DNA of 64,000 nucleotides from Mytilus edulis (Eukaryota): NCBI RefSeq assembly GCF_963676685.1, contig NC_092349.1, positions 37,138,001 to 37,202,000 of the forward strand, read 5' to 3'. Shown piece by piece: positions 25,955 to 34,967 of this stretch (position 1 is its first letter; each line of letters starts with the position of its first letter). The notes under the pieces were generated by a model. It saw only the letters and a program-made list of their open reading frames with translations, ran no database searches and was not told where the DNA came from. The position numbers and the translations under genes were made by a program.

Positions 25955-27900
25955 CTGGACATATATGTTCGAATATACTTACCATCATTCATTACATCAT
26001 GCACATGTATTTGTTAAACGAACTCAATCTTAAAATCAAAAAAGTTTTTTTATTTTTTTAACCATAAGTAGCATATAACGTTTTATATACCTCTGTCCAG
26101 ACATGCTCTAAAATTGTTCCTACCTCAAAGGTTTTTGTACTCACTTTAAATTTGTTATAAAAACAAGGTCACAGCTGCCAAAAGATTAAGGTTAAACTTT
26201 CAAAGTTATTGAATCTGCACCAATATGAACAATTGGCTGTTATAACAAGATAATTTTTTTTATGGACGCTTATCTTTTGATAGACTTAGTTATATATTAA
26301 CCGTACTACTTTCGTAACTAATGTAAGTAACAATATTGCGGCTTGAAAACGTAATTAGTTTACAATCGATAACTGTTTAAAGAGTCAAAAGAAAACGCAA
26401 ACGCTTCAGCATATTATTCAATGTATTATGAAAATGCTTATGCCTATAAATCAATGATTCAGCTGTTTTGCAGTTTTGCATACATGCATAATCCTCTTTA
26501 GCATTTAAACTAATAGTCAAATTAGGTTATACCGAAAAAAAGCTTGTTCCTTTGTGCCCGAATACAGTTGTTTGAGTCGATTATATGTCAATGTCCAAAT
26601 TGGTAAGATATTTATTGCATTGATTAATGAAAGTGCATATAAGAAAAAAATACGATAACTGGTAATATGTTAATTACTACTTTGGTAAATCATGATTAAT
26701 CAAGGCAGTCGAATCCAGCAACTTTTAACGACTTCATTACAACACATTTTTGCAACTAAAATAGAACAAAAATGACAAGGCTTATTAATTATCGAAGACT
26801 AATTCGTAGTTTTAAGAGGAACACATAGTCCTTGTCCATTGCGTAACCAGGAAATGCATTGATTAATGGAAGTGCATATAAGGAAATAATATGCATCACG
26901 GGTAATATGTTAATTGCTACTTGGCAGTTGAATCCAGTATATTTTTACAACTTGATTCATGACGCAGTTATTTCTAAAAGTAGCGTTTACGATAAACATT
27001 TATTAAAAATGTATACAAACAATTTCACATTTTTATGTAAAACAAATATATTCAACTAAAATATAAAAGAATAAAATGATCGTCCTAATCAATAAAAGTA
27101 GACTTATATATGTACTTTTCCATTGCGTTACCATGAAGTGAAGGATCGCATGATTGATATGACGTATTTATACTATATATGTATATGATTTCAAGGGAAG
27201 AAATTGAAAATTTTGATAATAAGTGTGTGTCCGTAAATAAACCAAACATTAGCTATGGTGCATGTTGTTGGAAGTGATGATCAACATGTCAAAAAAAAAA
27301 GAAGAAGAAATACCACCCTTTTCATATTTATTTACGAGGAACATATAAGAGCATGCATAGGCAAATGCATTACATTGTGAAGGCTTTTTAATTATAACGA
27401 TGCATATCAATAACCCGTAAGACTGAATGTCTGTTGTACAGTCTGTTGGTCTGTTTGGACGATCGGATAATAATAGTTATCAAAGGTACCGGGATTATAA
27501 TTAGATATGCCAGACGCGCGATCCGTCTACATTAGACTCATCAGTAGCGTTCAAATCAAAATAGATATAAAGACAAACAAGTACAAAGTTGAAGAGCATT
27601 GATGATCATAAATTTTGTAACAGGAAATTTATAAAAAATACCATATAATTGAGATTCATTTCAACACCTGTGTTTCATAAAACTTCTTTTTTTCGATGTT
27701 ATATTTAACCAAATCCGAAAAACGGATAATTCTGATATTTTTAGAATTCCGTCAATTGAATTTCAAATGACCATACTTCATTCTTCAAAAGTCCAATTTA
27801 CACGTTGCAGTATTTTGTCAAATCAATCTATGCTTAATATAAGAACATGAGATGTAAATGAATCCAAATTTAATCATCGATTTATTCCACTTCATTTTTG
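25955..27900 (+). repeat. Segmental duplication, copy 3 (more diverged)
   Basis: Colinear with ~20180-22430. In addition, 25340-25450 matches 18135-18230. Confidence 0.8.
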
Positions 27901-28141
27901 ACAGGTACTCCAATGTGTTATTCAATTGAGGATACGAACATTTGTTGGATTTAATGTAAGGTGGCAGGAGGCTTCAGACCACATTTAATTCCCTTTGCAA
28001 ATTTTAGCTTTATTTAAGTTCTGCAATGTTGTATTTGAAAGTTAACGGCGTTGTTCGTCTTCATGCTTGTGATATTCTTCCTGATATGAATATTTTCGAT
28101 CGGTACAGTCAAGGAAGGCATTTAGCCGCTAAACAATGTCA

Positions 28142-28490
28142 TCACTGGGTCGATGCCACTGCTGGTGGACGTTTCGTCCCCGAGGGTATCACCAGCCCAG
28201 TAGTCAGCACTTCGGTGTTGACATGAATATCAATTATATGGTCATTTTTATAAATTTTCTGTTTACAAAACTTTGAACTTTTCGACAAACTAAGGATTTT
28301 CTTACCCCAGGAGTAGATTACCTTAGCCGTATTTGGCACAACTTTTTGGAATTTTTGGTCCTCAATGCTCTCCAACTTTGTATATGTTTTTGCTTTTTCA
28401 CTATTTTGATCTGAGCGTCACTGATGAGTCTTATGTAGACGAAACGCGCGTATGGCGTATGAAATTATAATCCTGGTACTTTTGATAACT
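28142..28490 (+). mobile_element. Retrozyme-like ~350-nt non-autonomous retroelement monomer
   Basis: Contains a type I hammerhead. Partial copies of the same sequence at ~27475-27670 (minus), ~59400-59478 and ~10400-10460. Confidence 0.75.
28415..28458 (+). ncRNA. Type I hammerhead ribozyme
   Basis: GCGUCA-CUGAUGA-GUCU(UAUGU)AGAC-GAAAC-GCGC-GUA-UGGCGU: intact core, 4-bp stem II, palindromic stem III (ACGCGCGU), NUH triplet GUA, stem I GCGUCA/UGGCGU. Confidence 0.85.
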
Positions 28491-28499
28491 AATCACATA

Positions 28500-28707
28500 C
28501 TGTGAATTCATTTATTTTCGTGGGTATCAATTTTCGTGGATTGAGGAAAACTTACATGTTCGTGGATATTTGATTTCGTAGTTTTGCCGAAGTCTGCATA
28601 CAAGCCAAAAGAAAATTTGTCATTCGTTGAACATTTAATTTCGTGGTTCAACTGTGCCCACGAAATCCATGAAAATTAGTATCCAACGAATAATAATGAA
28701 TCCACAG
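28500..28707. mobile_element. TA-flanked MITE (CTGTG...CACAG), Tc1/mariner-like
   Basis: TA|CTGTGAATTCATT...AATGAATCCACAG|TA. A relative lies at 61694-61885. Confidence 0.75.
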
Positions 28708-30079
28708 TACTAGTCGCTGTCTTTCCATTTTTGTTGATGTTCAAACGGATTTGTTACTACGGTGCACAGTAGCCGCAATTCGACATTCCATATTTCCTTC
28801 AAAGTACATATTTTTAGGTAAATTTGCACTTATCGCCCTTGGCGTAACTTCATTTTTGTTCGTATTGTCATACCGTTTCACACTGTTTAGGGTGTTGGTA
28901 CTTAGTTCCATTTTTTAACAATTTCAAATAACAAATGTTTATAAGTTCATAGATAGATATAGGAAGATGTGGTGTGAGTGCCAATGAGACAACTCTCCAT
29001 CCAAATAACAATTTAAAAAGTAAACCATTATAGGTTAAAGTACGGCCTTCAACAATTCATTTATGTTTTGAGAGCAGAAATATCAACCGATTCCAACATT
29101 TCTGGGACTCGACACCAGCACATACTTTGGAATTAGTCCTGTACATAGAACAGATGGCTTTTTTTCACTTCATGGTAGATTGAAAAGCTTTTGGTAAGTC
29201 GTCTGACATCTGAATGTCACGGCCATACACTTCCATCAGGTGACTGGTAATCAATACAGACCAAGCTTTTATGTTCAGGATAAAAATATTTTAAATCATT
29301 TTGTTTTGCATTTTTATCCTACAACCGAAAATATTGTCATTGAAATTGGTGCGCATAGTTGCACTAGTACGTTTCTTGAATGAATAGTATCTGATCGCTG
29401 CTCTACCTTTCATATCTGATGCAGAGCATATGGCATCATTTTTTCCATTTTCGATCTGACACTGTCAATGTAGACTGCACATGCACGACTTTAATTTTGA
29501 CTAGGGTTTTTTGCATGTTATAGTATTACTTAACTACATCTACAGTTAGGTTCATTTCATTTTCTGGGACTCCTCTCTTTCTATTGACAGCTTCCAACTT
29601 GTTAATCATGTAGTCTTAGTTTAGTTCAATTAATTTATCGGAAATTTTGTTTGATTTTCTTTAAAATCATTACCGGGTACCTGACAGAGGTTGCTGTGCA
29701 CTGCTCTAGTACTCGCAATTACTATCTCTTGGATGACTTTCATGTATAACAGTTCTGTATTTCTACTTGTATTTGGCTTCGAGTTTTTAAATCTAAGCAT
29801 TATTCTGCAAAAAGTAGGATTTATTTCAAATGAGATTTAAATACAGGAAATGTTCTATTTGTGGTTTATAAATTATAGCTCAAAGATATACGACAAAGGT
29901 GTAACAGTAAACTGAGATAAGAGTAGGGTCATTGAGGTTCCATAGGTCACATTTCGTACTTCGACGTGTTGCGGAATATCCAAACATGTGACATCTTTCC
30001 CAATATGTTATTATAGGTATCGTTGTCCCACAATTCGTTCGCATATAGACCAGTAACGAATTGTGAACACACATCAAAC

Positions 30080-30122
30080 ATGTTGGCCTTTCTGTGTCTC
30101 GGATTTTTGACTGTTTCACAGG
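30080..30122 (+). CDS. Secreted Cys-rich prepropeptide, exon 1 (signal peptide MLAFLCLGFLTVSQ-A)
   Basis: AAACATG start, hydrophobic 14 codons and a phase-1 donor G|GTAAGC. Confidence 0.78.
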
Positions 30123-30474
30123 GTAAGCAAAATTCCTTTTCCTTTTTCGAAATCGAGAATAGTAAAAACCTGTCTTGGATTGAGTCTTTGTCTCTTAATT
30201 CCGGAACGAGTTGTGATTAATTTTTAAATGTGATGACGTCTTGTTCTCTATTCTCTGTTATTTTTGCATTCCACTGTTATAAAAAGGCGGAATATACCAA
30301 GTTGATATTCTGATGAGACACTCACCGCGCAACAGCAAAAATTTAAAGACCACAAAAAGGTCAACAAAACACTTTAACAATGGGTATAAATCCATTTTGT
30401 TTTTTGATATAGGATTTCGCTATATTTTTCTATAAATGAACGTTATCATATACTTAATAGAAAAATGAAATAAA

Positions 30475-32276
30475 ACTAGAGGCTCTCAAGAGCCTGTGTC
30501 GCTCACCTTGGTTTATTTGCATATTAAACAATGGACACAGATAAATTCATAACAAAATGGTCTTTTGGTGATGGTGATGTGTTTGTAGATCTTACTTTAC
30601 TGGACATTCTTGTTGCTACAATTATCTCTATCTATAATGAAGTGACCCAGTAAGTACAGTGGAAAATATTTTCTAAAAATCTACCAAAAATTTATGAAAA
30701 ATGTAAAAAATTGACTATAAAGGGCAATAACTCCAAAAGAGGTCAACTGACCATATCAGTCGTGTTGACTAGTTGTGAATCTTACTTTGCTGAACATTAT
30801 TGCTGTTTACTGTTTATCTCTATCTATAATATTATTCAAGATAATAACCAAAAACAGCAAAATTTCCTTAAAATTACCAATTCAGAGGCAGCAACCCAAC
30901 AACGAGTTGTTCTATTCATCTGAAACTTTCAAGGCAGATAGATCTTGATCTGATAAACAATTTAACTCCATGCCAGATTTGCTCTTTTTGCTTTGGTTTT
31001 TGAGTTATAAGCCAAAAACTGCATTTTACCCCTATGTTCTATTTTGAGCCATGGCGGCCATCTTGGTTGGTTGCCCAGGTCAACGGACACAATTTTTAAA
31101 CTAGATACCCCAATGATGATTATGGGCAAGTTTGGTTTAATTTGGCCCAGTAGTTTCAGAGGAGAAGATTTTTGTAAAAGATTACTAAGATTTACGAAAA
31201 ATGGTTAAAAATTGACTAAAAAGGGCAATAACTCCTAAAGGGGTCAACTGACCATTTTGGTCATGTTGACTTATTTGTAAATCTTATTTTGCTGAACATT
31301 ATTGCAGTTTACAATTTATCTCTATCTATAATATTATTCAAGATAATAACCAAAAACAGCGTAATAACCTTAGAATTACTAGTTCAGAGGCAGCAACCCA
31401 ACAACCAGTTGTTAGATTCATCTGAAACTTTCAGGGCAGATAGATCTTAACCTGATAAACAATTTAAATTCATGCCAGATTTGCTCTATATGCTTTGGTT
31501 TTTGAGTTATAAGCCAAAAACTGCATTTTACCCCTATGTTCTATTTTTAGCCATGGTGGCCATCTTGGTTAGTTGACCGGGTCAACGGACACAATTTTTA
31601 AACTAGATACCCCAATGATGATTGTGGGCAAGTTTGGTTTAATTTGGCCCAGTAGTTTCAGAGGAGAAGATTTTTGTAAAAGATTACTAAGATTTACGAA
31701 AAATGGTTAAAAATGGACTATAAAGGGTAATAACTCCTAAAGGGGTCAACTGACCATTTTGGTCATGTTGACTTATTTGTGAATCTTATTTTGCTGAACA
31801 TTTTTGCTTTTACAGTTTATCTCTATCTATAATACTATTCAAGATAATAACAAAAAAACAGCAAAATTTCCTAAAAATTACCAATTCAGGGGCAGCAACC
31901 CAACATAGCGTTGTTCGATTCATCTGAAATTTTTACAGCAGTTAGAAATTGACCTGATAAATAATTGTACCCCTTGTCAGATTTTCTCTAATTGCTTTGG
32001 TTTTTGAGTTATTAGCCAAAAACTGCATTTTACCCCTATGTTCTATTTTTAGACATGGCGGCCATCTTGGATGGTTGACCGGGTCACCGGACACAATTTT
32101 TAAACAAGATACCCTAATGATGATTGTGGCCAAGTTTGGTTTGATTTGGCCCAGTAGTTTCAGAGGAGAAGATTTTTGTAAAAGTTAACGACGACGACGG
32201 ACGACGCCGGACGACGCCGGACGCCGGACGCAAAGTAATGGGAAAAGCTCACTTGGCCCTTCGGGCCAGGTGAGCT
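30475..32276 (+). mobile_element. Helentron-type non-autonomous element (HINE-like) with three ~501-bp internal tandem units
   Basis: Subterminal inverted motif GCTCACCT / AGGTGAGC, (GAC/GACGCCG)n microsatellite and GC hairpin at the 3' end, inserted in an A run. Unit starts near 30711, 31212 and 31713. Confidence 0.8.
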
Positions 32277-32710
32277 TAAAATGGGGTCACCGTTAATTTA
32301 AGCTCACAATTTACCTCCTGAAGAAGCAAACATTTTTGTAAATGTCCTTTTTTTCTGTTGAACTAATAGGTGAAATAGAGATGATATCGAAATAAAATAT
32401 AGCACTAAATTACAGAAATCGCTTAAACTTTTAATGCCCCAAAATGTCATTTTGTCACCTAAGGGAGATAATCTGGAGCTTTTTCAATGACATAAACATT
32501 TTAAAGTCATCTCTGGCCAAACCGAAACGATTTGTTTGGTTGATTTTTGTACCGATTTATTATATGGTAATAACTAATAGTGTAATAAATAAATTTTGTA
32601 ATGAAAAAGCAAAAGTTTATTTTTTTCTAAAATGTTTGTACCCGCGAGCCTCCTTAATTAATAATATGTCTGTGCTAATTGAACATCTTCCATTCTTGTT
32701 TCTTTCATAG

Positions 32711-32839
32711 CTCTTTTCATTGGTGATCTAAAGTTACCATCAGATAGGCCACCACTATGCCTGATGTGTTGTGGGCCATCACCCTGTTGTAATACTTGTG
32801 GACTGGACAACGATCTGTTATCTCTGCTGAAACCTGCAG
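32711..32839 (+). CDS. Secreted Cys-rich prepropeptide, exon 2 (module 1: CLMCCGPSPCCNTC)
   Basis: Polypyrimidine TTCTTTCATAG acceptor, CAG|GTACGT donor, 129 nt, phase 1-1, open frame. Confidence 0.85.
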
Positions 32840-33106
32840 GTACGTGAAATATGTTTTCTCTAATTCTATGGAAATTTATCCCTTTACGAACCCATTGTAT
32901 ACAAAAAATTAATCAACGTGTGGTTGCTGGTGATCTCAAAAGATCATTGGAAAATTTTAAGGGTCATGACCTTTTTAGCTAACTGGATGAATCAAAATTT
33001 GATAACAGGTGTTAATGAAATTGACAACTTCGTGCAATGTGAAAGGCACTCGAAGGGATTTTTCGGTAGCAAAAAAAGAAAATGTCTTTTTAATCATTAG
33101 AGAAAC

Positions 33107-33269
33107 AGATTCTTACATAGTTACTCGTGGATTATCGGATTTATCCAATCTCGATAGTTAACTTATAAATTTTAAAGTCCTCGCCGAGGCGGCTCGGACT
33201 TTAAAATTGATAATTTAACTATCTCGATTGGATAAATCCGATAATCCACTGGTATCAATGTAAGAATCT
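33107..33269. repeat. Palindromic MITE-like hairpin (~75-bp arms)
   Basis: AGATTCTTACAT...GTGGATTATCGGATTTATCCAATC mirrored by GATTGGATAAATCCGATAATCCAC...ATGTAAGAATCT. Confidence 0.8.
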
Positions 33270-33741
33270 ACATATATCTATCATATCTGTATAGTTAAGA
33301 TTATATCACGCATATCTAAGATCCCGGCATCCATCACATAAGGGTATAGAGAAAATTGGCAGAATAAAACATATTAATTATAATACTCTGTGGTAGATAA
33401 GGTTATCTTTTAATTCCACAATAACAAAAACATGACGTGTGTGTATGTGTCTTTGTCTCTTAATTCCGGAACGAGTTATTGCTTATGGAGAGTTGTCTCA
33501 TCGGCACCCATACCTCACCTTCTTATATCAATATATGAACTAGAATATGGACATTAAGTGATAATAGATAAAAGTGCCTTTCATTTAACTGATAAACAAT
33601 TCGCGTCTTCTTATTTTTCTATTAGTGCAATAACGTGATGTAATTAGTTCAGCGGTAAAATCATATATTTGTAAACAAACGAATCAGTTTTTTTCGATGA
33701 ATTTACCTGCGGATTACATTCTTATATTTTTCCTATGATAG

Positions 33742-33879
33742 TTGGTACACAAGTAGACGGTAAACAAGTTGTTCCAGCCAAGAGATTCCTTGTAGATGAT
33801 CTATTCAATGAACAGAACCCTGGAACATGTCTTGACTGTTGTGGAGCACATCCATGTTGTCACGATTGTGGATTAGGAG
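33742..33879 (+). CDS. Secreted Cys-rich prepropeptide, exon 3 (KR site plus module 2: CLDCCGAHPCCHDC)
   Basis: TTTTTCCTATGATAG acceptor, GAG|GTACT donor, 138 nt, phase 1-1, same Cys spacing as exon 2. Confidence 0.85.
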
Positions 33880-34519
33880 GTACTCTTACATTATATAACG
33901 CTAAAATTAAGAACGGAAACGAGGAATGTGTCAAAGAAACAATAACCCGATCAAAGAGCAGAAAACAGTCGAAGGAGACCAAATGGTCTTCAATGCAGCG
34001 AAAAACTTCCGTACCCGGAACCGTTCTTCAGCTGTCCTCTAAACAAATGTATACTAGTTCAGTGATAATGAACGTCGTGTACTAAACTCAGAAATATACA
34101 CAAGAAACTAAAACTAAAATTAAAAATCATAGAAGACTAACAAAGATAAGGGGGAGTCTTTTTAACATTATAATGCTACGAGACCATGTGGAAGCTTTCA
34201 ACGAACCGGTAAACATCAAATCTAATCTCCAACTTTAAAAAAATTTAATATTAAAGGATATCTTCTTACTCATTTTTCATGGGATAAAGATTTTTAGTCA
34301 TCTTTATGCTTATATAATTTGAAGAAATGGCAAGAATCATATCTAACTACATAATGCATCCTCAATATATACATAAACGAAAACATTTTAAGGAAGATTG
34401 AACAACTTTTTGAAAATGCCAAAATATCAGGGGTAAACATTGGTAAATGGTTCTTCCCGTTTAGCTTACAATATTCAACATATATAACCGGATAGCATTA
34501 TTTTCAAAAATCAACTTCT

Positions 34520-34587
34520 CTCCTCCGGGACTCAAATCCGGAACCTCTGTGTTACAAGGCAGCGCTCTAACCGATCGAGTTGAGAAG
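34520..34587 (-). repeat. Degenerate tRNA-derived sequence (SINE head or tRNA pseudogene)
   Basis: Minus strand AACTCGATCGGTTAGAGCG (A-box-like) ... GGATTTGAGTCCC (B-box-like). Key positions are mutated. Confidence 0.45.
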
Positions 34588-34752
34588 TATTTTCCTATCA
34601 ACGCTTACGGCTGGATAAGTATCTACTACGTACTACGGGAAACAATCTCGTCACAATAATATATAGTAGTATTGTTCAAGGATTTAATAAGTCATTTCTG
34701 TGACAAATGTTCAGCGGAAATACAATACAATGAACCTGTTTTGTAATTACAG

Positions 34753-34967
34753 ATCTATTTGGCAACCATCATTATACACATGCGCCATATACGACAGTTG
34801 AACCTCACTCACCAGAGAAAGATGAAAGCTATGGAGACAAAGATCCATTATCAGGCCTTTCAGGAATTCATTTCGGCCCTCATATTGACCCAGTAATAGA
34901 CCCAATCCTTGGCCACCCAGATACTGACGTGGCTAAGTCATACTGGGAAACCCTTGGAAAGAAGTAA
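34753..34967 (+). CDS. Secreted Cys-rich prepropeptide, exon 4 (His/Asp/Pro-rich tail ending WETLGKK*)
   Basis: TTTTGTAATTACAG acceptor, phase 1, 71 further codons ending in TAA. AATAAA overlaps the stop. Confidence 0.78.

Noticed and set aside
28710-29810. Possible decayed minus-strand transposase (Kolobok-like)
   Set aside because: Only short suggestive peptide stretches with many stops; cannot be supported without a profile search.
33735-34085. 116-aa single-exon ORF from the track
   Set aside because: Only 33742-33879 is bounded by splice sites and has the Cys module; the remainder reads into a common intronic repeat.
34520-34587. Functional tRNA gene
   Set aside because: A- and B-box positions are mutated and the acceptor stem is poor; treated as a tRNA-derived repeat.
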